Origin: Methylocella sp.
Lineage (GTDB): Bacteria > Pseudomonadota > Alphaproteobacteria > Rhizobiales > Beijerinckiaceae
DNA length: 64,000 bases
Reading direction: 5' to 3'
Assembly: GCA_036561105.1 (NCBI GenBank)
Contig: DATBPZ010000019.1
Coordinates: 14,757 to 78,756, forward strand
The notes under the pieces were generated by a model. The model searched no databases and was not told the origin of the DNA. It worked only from the letters and a program-made list of their open reading frames with translations. Numbering within the stretch: the first letter of the stretch is position 1; each line of letters opens with the position of its first letter. Of this stretch, positions 21,775 to 29,975 are shown piece by piece. The translations under genes were made by a program, and so were the position numbers.

Positions 21775-22437
21775 ATGGTCCACGATGTAGTGACGATTGG
21801 GCCTGAGGAGGACGTGTCGAAAGCTGTGAAGCTGCTGGTGGATCACGACATAAGCGCTCTTCCCGTCGTCGATGACGAACGGCGCGTCATAGGTATTCTC
21901 AGCGAAGCCGATCTGCTTCATCGCGACAAGATTGGAACCGAGCAGCATCGGGCATGGTGGCTCGAGGCAGTCACGCCCGCAAGCGTGCTTGCCTTGGATT
22001 ATGCGAAATCGCATGGACGCAAAGTGGCGGAGGTTATGTCCGAAGACATTATCTCGGCCGATGAAAACACGCCGCTCTCCGATCTCGCGAATATCCTTGA
22101 GAAAAACCGGATCAAGCGTGTCCCGATTCTCAAGGATGGCAAGCTTGTTGGGATCGTAAGCCGTTCCAATCTCATCCAGGCGCTTGCGTCGGCGCCCTCC
22201 CAGCCTGAAAATGATCAGCTGGCGGACCGGGGGATCAGATCAGCAATCTTGGCGCGGCTGGCCGAGCAATCTTGGACCGACTTTGGCGAGCGCAATATCG
22301 TCGTGACAAATGGAGTCGTAAATCTTTGGGGCCTCGTTGGGTCCCCGGAAGAACATAAGGCGCTCCTCGCTCTCGCTGAAAGCGTGCCGGGTGTGCGTGA
22401 GGTGTCGGATGAAATGATCGCCTCCTATTCGCTTTAG
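21775..22437 (+). CDS. CBS-pair + BON domain protein
   Basis: 220 aa. Two CBS repeats (VVTIGPEEDVSKAVKLLVDHDISALPVVD; IISADENTPLSDLANILEKNRIKRVPIL..GIVSRSNLIQAL) and a C-terminal BON-like segment (VTNGVVNLWGLVGSPEE..LAESVPGVREV). See the finding on the start region. Confidence 0.8.
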   Translation: MVHDVVTIGPEEDVSKAVKLLVDHDISALPVVDDERRVIGILSEADLLHRDKIGTEQHRAWWLEAVTPASVLALDYAKSHGRKVAEVMSEDIISADENTPLSDLANILEKNRIKRVPILKDGKLVGIVSRSNLIQALASAPSQPENDQLADRGIRSAILARLAEQSWTDFGERNIVVTNGVVNLWGLVGSPEEHKALLALAESVPGVREVSDEMIASYSL

Positions 22438-22448
22438 CGGGAGGCGGC

Positions 22449-22925
22449 TTACTTCGTATTCAGCTTTCGCTGCTTTCGCCCGACCTGGACGTGAACCAGC
22501 ATCATCACTGGCAACGTTAGGCCAAAGGCAAGGTGGATGTCGCTCGCCCACGGTCTTAAGGCTTCTGAAGCCAGGTAATAAAGTCCAAAGGCGGTCACGA
22601 TCAGCACGGCATTACATACGGCCATGATCATGCCCGTGGCACGGTTTTTCCTTGCCCGCCAGGCGCGCCCGACATGCACGGGAACTAGGGCACCAAGCAG
22701 CATCAAGGTCACCATAGCGGTGCCGCCATGGATCATAAGAAGAGTGGCCGCGCTCTCTTGCCAGATTTCATTCTCGGAGGATTCTTTTATGCGGTCGGCA
22801 ACGAACCACGCCGCGCCGCTCATGAAAAGCACCCCGAACGCGGCATAGACCGCGAAGCGGAAGGGGGGATCAAGCCGCCAGAACGGCAGCATTTTGCCAC
22901 TCCGCGCTGACGCGGACTTCCCCAT
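22449..22925 (-). CDS. Small 4-TM membrane protein with four helix-end histidines (DUF4405-like, putative di-heme b-type)
   Basis: 158 aa (alternative ATG at 22892). Four hydrophobic helices. The only His residues are H66/H84 (helix 2) and H131/H145 (helix 4). It is the last gene of the ApbE operon and overlaps the apbE 3' end. Confidence 0.6.
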   Translation of the reverse strand: MGKSASARSGKMLPFWRLDPPFRFAVYAAFGVLFMSGAAWFVADRIKESSENEIWQESAATLLMIHGGTAMVTLMLLGALVPVHVGRAWRARKNRATGMIMAVCNAVLIVTAFGLYYLASEALRPWASDIHLAFGLTLPVMMLVHVQVGRKQRKLNTK

Positions 22926-23784
22926 CCGCCGTCACGAAAAGAGCGCTCGCGCCATATTGGCGGAGCAAGGGCGCCGAAGCTTCGGCCATGAGCATGACAA
23001 CCTTGGTCAAGGCGTCAGCCAAAAGGCAGGAGGGCGCGCGCACGCTTGCGCCGGTTACCGCGCGGACTGGTTCGCCGGTCGCCGGGTCGATGATCATTGG
23101 GCTCTGGGCATCCAGGGATTGCAAAGGATCATATCCGCTGCCGCTTGACGCCAGTGCCGCATTGCGCAGTTCGACCTGACATAAACCGCGGTCCGGTTGG
23201 CCTGGATCGCGTATGGTGACCATCAGTCCTTTCGGCCCAAAAGCGGCAAGATCACCACCGGCGTTGACAAGGCCGGACGGCATTCCGGAGGCGCGCAAAA
23301 CATCGATCGCGCGATCGACGGCAAACCCTTTGGCGATGCCGCCGAGATCAATCCGGATCCCGGAGTCATGAAACCGCACGCGGTGACCGGCGCGCAATTC
23401 GATTGCGCCGCCGACAAGCATCGTCCGGGAAATGTCTTGAATATCGCCCCCGTGATAAGGCAAGAGACCGAGCTTCTGCAAAGCGGGCGCAATCCTTATG
23501 TCGAACAGCCCATTCGAACAGCTGTGCAAATCAAGCGCCGTTTCGAGTACTTGATAGGTCCAAGGATGCACTTCCGTTGGTGCTTTAAAAGCCTCTCGGT
23601 TGAGGCGGCTCACATCGCTGCCCTCCTCATGAAAGCTCATCAAGCGATGCACGGTTTCAACCGCCATGAACGCCGCCTCGACGGCCGCCTCCATCGCCAA
23701 GGTCCCCGCACCGTCGGCGCCAATTTCGACAAAAGTTCCGAGCAGAGGCCGTAGCCGGTGGAGATTATCGCAGGTGGCTTGCAT
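22870..23784 (-). CDS. apbE: FAD:protein FMN transferase (ApbE family)
   Basis: 304 aa. ApbE hallmarks: LLGTFVEI near the N-terminus, DLGGIAKGFAVDRA, VNAGGDL, ASSG, and C-terminal LLADALTKVVML. No signal peptide or lipobox is visible. Confidence 0.85.
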   Translation of the reverse strand: MQATCDNLHRLRPLLGTFVEIGADGAGTLAMEAAVEAAFMAVETVHRLMSFHEEGSDVSRLNREAFKAPTEVHPWTYQVLETALDLHSCSNGLFDIRIAPALQKLGLLPYHGGDIQDISRTMLVGGAIELRAGHRVRFHDSGIRIDLGGIAKGFAVDRAIDVLRASGMPSGLVNAGGDLAAFGPKGLMVTIRDPGQPDRGLCQVELRNAALASSGSGYDPLQSLDAQSPMIIDPATGEPVRAVTGASVRAPSCLLADALTKVVMLMAEASAPLLRQYGASALFVTADGEVRVSAEWQNAAVLAA

Positions 23785-24232
23785 AATACGCCAATATTCT
23801 TTTCACCCCTTCCGTCACATGCCGCGACGACAAAGTGGCACCCGAGATGTTGCGAATATCCTGATTCATTTGCAGAGCGCTACCGCTGCTCTTGCCAACG
23901 AATTGTGAGAGCCAGCTCGCATCCGCGACTTCGAACCCGTAAGATTCCCGGTAAGTCAGAATCTCGACGCGGCGGACATGACCAGAGGCGTCAAGGGCAA
24001 CCGAATAGTCGATGTAGAGATGCTTGCCAATGACGTGGTCGACAAAGAAGTATCCGGCAACACTGCCGCCGTTAAGCGCCTTCCACACACGTTGTGGCTG
24101 AACCTCCTCGAAGCGGGCCCCCGGAAAGGCATGCTGCTGAGCCGCGCCGATACTCGAATATTGGTAAGCGTAGGCGGGCAAGGTTATCGCAACCGCCGCC
24201 GCCGGGGCGGCCCAGCGGATCCATCCATCCAT
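23765..24232 (-). CDS. Secreted FMN_bind-domain protein (predicted ApbE substrate)
   Basis: Track ORF 23765..24289; start set at ATG 24232, 7 nt after GGGAG (MDGWIRWAAPAAAVAITLPAYA, a signal peptide). The C-terminal motif DIRNISGATLSSRHV matches the NqrC/RnfG-type [S/T]GA[T/S] flavinylation site. Confidence 0.75.
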   Translation of the reverse strand: MDGWIRWAAPAAAVAITLPAYAYQYSSIGAAQQHAFPGARFEEVQPQRVWKALNGGSVAGYFFVDHVIGKHLYIDYSVALDASGHVRRVEILTYRESYGFEVADASWLSQFVGKSSGSALQMNQDIRNISGATLSSRHVTEGVKRILAYYASHLR

Positions 24233-24307
24233 GCCATAACTCCCTATCTGATCAGAAAGAATGTGCTGCCAGGATCGCGCTGATAGCACATTCTTGGCGT
24301 GCGCCGG

Positions 24308-26047
24308 TCAAAAGAAAAAGCCGACTCCTCCCAACACGCTGTCAGACTGCGCTCCGAGGGGTGCCGCATTGATCGCTCTCGTATAGTTCAATTTTAAAAC
24401 CAGCTCCGGCGTCGGATACACGGCGAACCCGACGTCGTGAAATTGTTGTATGCCAGAACCCGTGGGGAAGTTGAAATCGGTGCCGGCAAAACCGCCTGTC
24501 TGGAAATTCTGATAGGTGTAGCGATAAAATGGCACGGCTTCCCAATTGCTGCCGAGGATTGGACCAAAAAACGGAGTGAGTGGCAAGTGATAAGCGACCT
24601 CGGCGGATCCGCCAAACATGCTCTTACCGACGTTGTCGAAGGGATCTGTGTCGTTGTTCGCCCGCAAATTCGCCGGATTGCCAAACAGGACATCAACGAA
24701 TTCGCCGCGGAATTCGAGGCCCGTGTCAGGGACGTGGTAACGGAAATCCGTCTCGAAGATTGTGAGACTTGAACGGCCAAGTAATATCCCAGTATTGCTG
24801 TAGGCGCCCCGCGGCGTCGTGCTCGGGGTAAAGTAGACGGAAGAGCCGCCATCGAACCCTGGCCAAAATGCCGGCGCATAGCTCAGACGGAACGTATATC
24901 CAAGATAGTTGCTGAGCTGGCGGAAATCCCCCAATGGCGCTTGTGACAAGCCCAACGCGTCGATACCATCAATTCCGGGAGCATATCCGACCGGGAATAG
25001 TGGAACCCCGTTGGCATCCGTCCGCAACGCGAAATCATCGCCGAAATCTTCCAGCGCTTGACTGACCTGAAACTGATAATTCAGACCCTCGGTGATTTGC
25101 CCCCAAATGCTCGCCGCCGGAGCTTTCCACGTCGATGGTATGAGTCCGTTGTCAAGTTCCGGGCGCCGGACGCTATAGAAATTGGTGGGCTCATGATAAA
25201 GATTGAGCCAGTCGATCGGCACAAGATCAATGCCGGGCGCGCGAATGTTAAAATAGGGCGCAATTCTGAAATCGACATAGGCCTGCTCGATCTCGGCTGT
25301 CCCATGCAATTTGTCGTCGGCGTCGAATGCAACACCCCCGTGTTCGAATTCGATCTCGGAATTGAAAATGATATTATCAGTGAATTGATAGGTCGGGAGC
25401 AGCACAAGCCGCGCGGCGTCAAAGCCGGTTTGCCATTGACCGTTGGCGTCCGGGTTTTGCTGAGCCCCAAACCGCATTTCACCATAGGCGCCGATCTTCA
25501 GTCCCGGAAGCGGCGATGGCGCGACGCCGAAAAGATCCTCATTTGCCGGGGTCGGGGCTTCAAGCTGGGCGGTTTCCCGGGCTCCCATGTAACCGGGCGC
25601 GGGCGCAAGGTTCCAAGCCGCCGCGGGCGGCCTTTTGCCCGGCGGCATCGACTCGGGTACAACGGGCTGATCTTGCACCGATGCTTCTTTGGTGCCGCCT
25701 TTGCGCGTGTTCGCCACATGCGTCTTGGAGCCATTCGCCGCGGACCCCTCGCTTTTACTGCGATGAAGCTCGCCTTCGAGCGACCGGATGCGCGCTTCCA
25801 TCCTTTCCATCTTTTCGAGCAATTGTTCATTCGTAAGCTGGCCGCCCGCCTTTCCCTGCCCGGCCGCATCCTGAGCGAGCGCAGCGCTTGCTGTTGAAGC
25901 CAAGAGAGAAGCCACAGCAAGCGCCGAGGTCCAACCGCTGTTCCGCTTTACCGCAAGGGGATTTAGCGAAATCGGGCAAGTCAGCGTTGCCGCGCCAACC
26001 GTCTCATTATTTTTTGAGCCACCGGCGGCCCCTCGTTTGCCAAGCAT
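24308..26047 (-). CDS. Outer-membrane porin-like beta-barrel with N-terminal coiled coil (DcaP-like architecture)
   Basis: 579 aa. Signal peptide (..ALAVASLLASTASAALAQ), heptad-like segment LTNEQLLEKMERMEARIRSLEGELHRSK, and a Pro-rich linker. This is followed by a long region of alternating aromatic/polar beta-strand pattern ending in ...LGGVGFFF (C-terminal Phe OMP signal). Confidence 0.65.
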   Translation of the reverse strand: MLGKRGAAGGSKNNETVGAATLTCPISLNPLAVKRNSGWTSALAVASLLASTASAALAQDAAGQGKAGGQLTNEQLLEKMERMEARIRSLEGELHRSKSEGSAANGSKTHVANTRKGGTKEASVQDQPVVPESMPPGKRPPAAAWNLAPAPGYMGARETAQLEAPTPANEDLFGVAPSPLPGLKIGAYGEMRFGAQQNPDANGQWQTGFDAARLVLLPTYQFTDNIIFNSEIEFEHGGVAFDADDKLHGTAEIEQAYVDFRIAPYFNIRAPGIDLVPIDWLNLYHEPTNFYSVRRPELDNGLIPSTWKAPAASIWGQITEGLNYQFQVSQALEDFGDDFALRTDANGVPLFPVGYAPGIDGIDALGLSQAPLGDFRQLSNYLGYTFRLSYAPAFWPGFDGGSSVYFTPSTTPRGAYSNTGILLGRSSLTIFETDFRYHVPDTGLEFRGEFVDVLFGNPANLRANNDTDPFDNVGKSMFGGSAEVAYHLPLTPFFGPILGSNWEAVPFYRYTYQNFQTGGFAGTDFNFPTGSGIQQFHDVGFAVYPTPELVLKLNYTRAINAAPLGAQSDSVLGGVGFFF

Positions 26048-26091
26048 TGCTGTCTCCGTATTCCTGCAACTGACGCTACGCCGAGATAATA

Positions 26092-26217
26092 ACGCTTCTA
26101 ATCTAGCGTATTTCTACAGTCTGAACCGGCGGCAATACGTCGTCAATTACTTATACTTCTTTATATAAACTCTAAGTTGCATGTTTTAGAGTTAGAATAA
26201 GTATAAACTAGAAGCGT
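26092..26217. repeat. AT-rich block with three sets of inverted repeats in the divergent promoter region
   Basis: Three perfect reverse-complement pairs, checked by hand: ACGCTTCTA (26092-26100) / TAGAAGCGT (26209-26217); TTATACTT (26151-26158) / AAGTATAA (26199-26206); AACTCTAA (26168-26175) / TTAGAGTT (26186-26193). Confidence 0.6.
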
Positions 26218-26460
26218 AAAATAGAGGGCTGATTGCGGCAAATGAGAATTTGGCAGAACGGCAGCAAAATAACTGGTTAGAAGATGTTGCGCTTCTGCCA
26301 CACGCTTTGCGGATGAGTGGCAAAACGGATCCATTGAGGAGAAATAACTTTGACGGCCTTTGACGGAGTGCTGACTTGCCTTATAGGTTTGGCCTCCAGG
26401 CGCAGAGCCGGACGCACGCTGGGACGGCCTCATGTCAACGCGGTGCCATGACGTTGCTTC

Positions 26461-26534
26461 GCGGGTGTAGCTCAATGGTAGAGCAGCAGCCTTCCAAGCT
26501 GAATACGAGGGTTCGATTCCCTTCACCCGCTCCA
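26461..26534 (+). tRNA. tRNA-Gly (anticodon UCC)
   Basis: 74 nt. Acceptor stem GCGGGTG/CACCCGC, D-arm GCTCAATGGTAGAGC, anticodon loop CTTCCAA (TCC), T-arm GAGGGTTCGATTCCCTT, encoded 3' CCA. Confidence 0.93.
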
Positions 26535-26627
26535 ACTCTGCAATGCGATATTCCAGACAAGGCGAGGTGGCGGAGGTTTCTGCTCTGCCCGCTTCTTGGG
26601 GCGATTTGCGCGATTTTTCCAATCGAT

Positions 26628-27977
26628 ATGCCGCAAGCACAGGAGGCCAGCGGCAGTTCTGCGGTCACGGAAGATGTATCGTTACCGCCCGAGTTACAGC
26701 CAACGATCGCCTCGAGCATTCCGGCTCTTGCTGAATTTAAGAAAGGACTCTTTGATCTCGGCTATAATTTACAGTTCAGCTACTTTGCCGATGGCCTTGC
26801 GAATCCGACCGGGGGGGTCAAACAAGGTGCTGCTTATGAAGGCCTTCTTTACATGGTCCTCGATGCGGACCTTGCGAAGATAGCAGAATTGGATGGCCTA
26901 AGCTTTCGCATCAACGCATATCAAATCCACGGGCGCCAACTGTCTGCCTACAATATTTTCAACCTGGCCCCTGTCGATAGCATCGAGGCACGGCCGTCGA
27001 CGCGGCTGTTCGAACTGTGGGTCGAACAGAAGTTCGGCGATTTGGCTTCGATCCGCGTCGGCCAATTATCAGCCGACAATCAGTTTTTCATAAGTGAATT
27101 CGGCAACAGCGAATATATCAACAGCACATTTGGATGGCCGACGATATTTCACGCTGACTTGCCAGGGGGTGGAGGACCCAATTACCCTCTGGCTACTCCA
27201 GGGGTGCGCCTTAAAGTGACCCCAGACAATCATGTGACTCTTCTTGCCGGTTTGTACAATGGCGATCCAGCTGGGTCAGGATTCACCGGTACCCAGGAGA
27301 TAAAAGACCCGGCAGGAATTAACTTTCGCCTCCGGGACCCGCCTTTGCTGATGACTGAAGCGCAATATAGCTACAATCAAGACAAGGCTTCGCAGGGGCT
27401 CGCTGGGACGATCAAATTGGGCGGCTGGTATCATTTTGGTCCCTTTCCTGACGAACAGTTTAGTGTCCGTGGCAAGACGCTCGCCCTTCCAGACAGCGTG
27501 GCGGAGACTCACACCGGCGATTTCGGGATCTATGGCGTGATCGATCAGATGCTCTGGCACCTTCCGGACGCTGATCCAAAGAAGGGAGTCGGAGCCTTCG
27601 CCCGTGTGTCGGCAAGCCCGTCTGACCGTAACCTCATCAGTTTTTATGCCGAGGGGGGCATTAATTTCATGGGGCTTTGGCAGGAGAGACCCGACGACAG
27701 TTTTGGCCTCGCTGCGTCTTTTTCGCAGCTATCACCCGCCGCGGCGGCGCTCGATCACGAAAGAGATCTCCTATTACATGCCATCTTGCCCGTTCGTGAT
27801 TATGAGTTGGTCACCGAACTTACATATCAAGCGAAGATCATTTCGGGCTGGACCGTCCAACCTGATTTGCAATATATTTTTCATCCCGGCGGCGGCACAA
27901 TCGATCTGCTCAACCCCTTTACTGGGCGTATCCCTAACGCCGCCGTTTTCGCGGTGCGCACGCAAATCAGTTTCTAG
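26628..27977 (+). CDS. Carbohydrate-selective porin, OprB family
   Basis: The track ORF 26376..27977 reads straight through the tRNA gene, so the true start must lie after 26534. The first canonical start is ATG 26628. OprB-like N-terminal region (GLFDLGYNLQFSYFADGLANPTGGVKQGAAYEGLLYM), beta-barrel pattern, C-terminal ...VRTQISF. The start is problematic (see finding). Confidence 0.8.
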   Translation: MPQAQEASGSSAVTEDVSLPPELQPTIASSIPALAEFKKGLFDLGYNLQFSYFADGLANPTGGVKQGAAYEGLLYMVLDADLAKIAELDGLSFRINAYQIHGRQLSAYNIFNLAPVDSIEARPSTRLFELWVEQKFGDLASIRVGQLSADNQFFISEFGNSEYINSTFGWPTIFHADLPGGGGPNYPLATPGVRLKVTPDNHVTLLAGLYNGDPAGSGFTGTQEIKDPAGINFRLRDPPLLMTEAQYSYNQDKASQGLAGTIKLGGWYHFGPFPDEQFSVRGKTLALPDSVAETHTGDFGIYGVIDQMLWHLPDADPKKGVGAFARVSASPSDRNLISFYAEGGINFMGLWQERPDDSFGLAASFSQLSPAAAALDHERDLLLHAILPVRDYELVTELTYQAKIISGWTVQPDLQYIFHPGGGTIDLLNPFTGRIPNAAVFAVRTQISF

Positions 27978-28034
27978 CGACGTGTTCGGACGGAGGCACA
28001 GGGGCTAGCGGTTGGCTGCGCGCGCGGAGCGCCG

Positions 28035-29396
28035 TTAAATGTCCGCTCCGTCCATGCCGCCCGATTCAAGAAATCTCTCCAGCCAATGGATGTCGTAGAG
28101 TCCATTTTGCATATCGGCGTTTCGAACCAGCGTTTGAAACAATGGAATGGTCGTATCGATTCCATCGACAATGAATTCATCGAGCGAGCGGCGAAGACGC
28201 ATCAACGCCTCGTTGCGGTTGCGGCCATGCACGATAAGTTTGCCGACGAGCGAGTCGTAATTTGGCGGAATCGCATAGCCAGCGTAGACGGCGCTATCGA
28301 CTCGCACCCCAAGGCCGCCCGGCGGATGATAATAAGCAATCTTTCCCGGCGAAGGCCGGAAGGTGGCGGCATCTTCCGCGTTGATGCGGCATTCAATGGC
28401 GTGGCCGTTGAACACGACTTCATCTTGCGTAAGGGTCAAGGGTGAACCGGCCGCGATCCGGATTTGTTCATTGACGAGATCGACGCCGGTGATCATCTCC
28501 GTAACCGGATGCTCGACCTGTATCCTGGTATTCATCTCGATGAAATAAAATTTGCCGTCTTCATAGAGGAACTCAATAGTTCCCGCCCCCGCATAGCCGA
28601 GTTCCCGCATTGCGGCCGCGCAAATTTCGCCAATCTCCTGGCGCTGCGGGGCATTGAGCGCGGGAGAGGGACTTTCCTCCCAGACCTTCTGGTTGCGCCG
28701 CTGCAACGAGCAATCGCGGTCGCCGAGATGAATGGCCTTGCCGTGCCCATCGCCCAAAATTTGGATTTCGATATGGCGAGGCTTTTCGAGATATTTTTCA
28801 AGATAAACCGAATCGTCGCCGAAGGCTGATTTGGCTTCGGCCCGTGCCGTTTCGAGTGCTGAAGGGAGCTCCTGCGCGGTGCGGGCAACTTTCATGCCTC
28901 TGCCACCGCCACCTGCCGCGGCCTTGACGAGAACCGGGAATCCTAGGGCCCGCCCCACGGACAGCGCTTCCGTATCGCTCGTAATTGCGCCGGGCGAGCC
29001 AGGAACGCAGGGAATGCCAAGCCGGAGCGCGGTCGATTTGGCTGCGATCTTGTCGCCCATAAGCCGGATATGTTCCGGCTTTGGACCTATGAAGGTAATG
29101 TGATGGTCCATGAGAATCTCGGCAAACCGCGCATTCTCCGAAAGAAAACCATAGCCTGGATGCAAGGCTTCGGCGCCGGTGATTTCGCAGGCGGCCAGAA
29201 GGGCTGGAATGTTCAGATAGGAATCCCGGGCGGGCGGCGGCCCGATACATACGGATTCGTCGGCAAGCTTCACATGCATCGCATGAGCGTCGGCCGTCGA
29301 ATGAACCGCCACCGTCGCGATGCCGAGTTCCTTGGCGGCACGCAAAATCCGCAAGGCGATTTCGCCGCGATTGGCGATAAGGATCTTATCGAACAT
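28035..29396 (-). CDS. accC: Acetyl-CoA carboxylase, biotin carboxylase subunit
   Basis: 453 aa. [26 protein letters not shown]..., ATP-grasp motifs ([31 protein letters not shown]). Confidence 0.97.
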   Translation of the reverse strand: MFDKILIANRGEIALRILRAAKELGIATVAVHSTADAHAMHVKLADESVCIGPPPARDSYLNIPALLAACEITGAEALHPGYGFLSENARFAEILMDHHITFIGPKPEHIRLMGDKIAAKSTALRLGIPCVPGSPGAITSDTEALSVGRALGFPVLVKAAAGGGGRGMKVARTAQELPSALETARAEAKSAFGDDSVYLEKYLEKPRHIEIQILGDGHGKAIHLGDRDCSLQRRNQKVWEESPSPALNAPQRQEIGEICAAAMRELGYAGAGTIEFLYEDGKFYFIEMNTRIQVEHPVTEMITGVDLVNEQIRIAAGSPLTLTQDEVVFNGHAIECRINAEDAATFRPSPGKIAYYHPPGGLGVRVDSAVYAGYAIPPNYDSLVGKLIVHGRNRNEALMRLRRSLDEFIVDGIDTTIPLFQTLVRNADMQNGLYDIHWLERFLESGGMDGADI

Positions 29397-29419
29397 ATCA
29401 GCTCACCGGCCACGCGGCC

Positions 29420-29884
29420 TTATTCGATAACGAGCAACGGCTGGCCATACTCGACCGGCTGACCGTCCTCGACCAGAATGCCCGTAACTGTTCCGGCGCG
29501 CGGAGCCAGGATCTCGTTGAAGGTTTTCATCGCCTCGACAAGAATGACCTTGTCACCTGCCTTGACCTGCGTTCCGATCTCCACGAAGGGGGTACTCTCC
29601 GGAGATGCCCGCAAATAGGCGGTCCCCACCATCGGCGATTTGACCGTGCCTGGACTGTCCGGCGGCACCGGGGAAGCGCTCACCACGGCGGCATGCGGCG
29701 AGACAATTGGCGGCTGAACCACGGCGGGAGTGAGCTGCCGCGCGACACGAATTTTGACGTCGCCGTTGGCGACCTCGATCTCGGAGAGCCCAAGACGCGC
29801 CACCATTCCGGCCAAGGTTTCGACCAATTCCGTGTCGATGGTGGCGGGCGCGCTCACGTCCGGTTTTGAATCCGGATATTTCAT
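29420..29884 (-). CDS. accB: Acetyl-CoA carboxylase, biotin carboxyl carrier protein
   Basis: Track ORF 29420..30046; start set at ATG 29884 (MKYPDSKPDV..). Biotinylation motif VEAMKTFNEI. Located directly upstream of accC. Confidence 0.9.
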   Translation of the reverse strand: MKYPDSKPDVSAPATIDTELVETLAGMVARLGLSEIEVANGDVKIRVARQLTPAVVQPPIVSPHAAVVSASPVPPDSPGTVKSPMVGTAYLRASPESTPFVEIGTQVKAGDKVILVEAMKTFNEILAPRAGTVTGILVEDGQPVEYGQPLLVIE

Positions 29885-29975
29885 TTCTATTTTCTCTCGT
29901 TTTGACGGGCGCCCTGGGTCATTCCCGGCCGGAACGAACCACGGCGAAAGTGTTTGATTGCAATAGGGAAATTCG

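Noticed and set aside
26461-27977. Genomic island integrated at tRNA-Gly
   Set aside because: There is no integrase and no direct repeat of the tRNA 3' end. Only a single porin gene lies between the tRNA and the core accC-accB-aroQ operon. The only anomaly is the porin start codon, which is reported separately.
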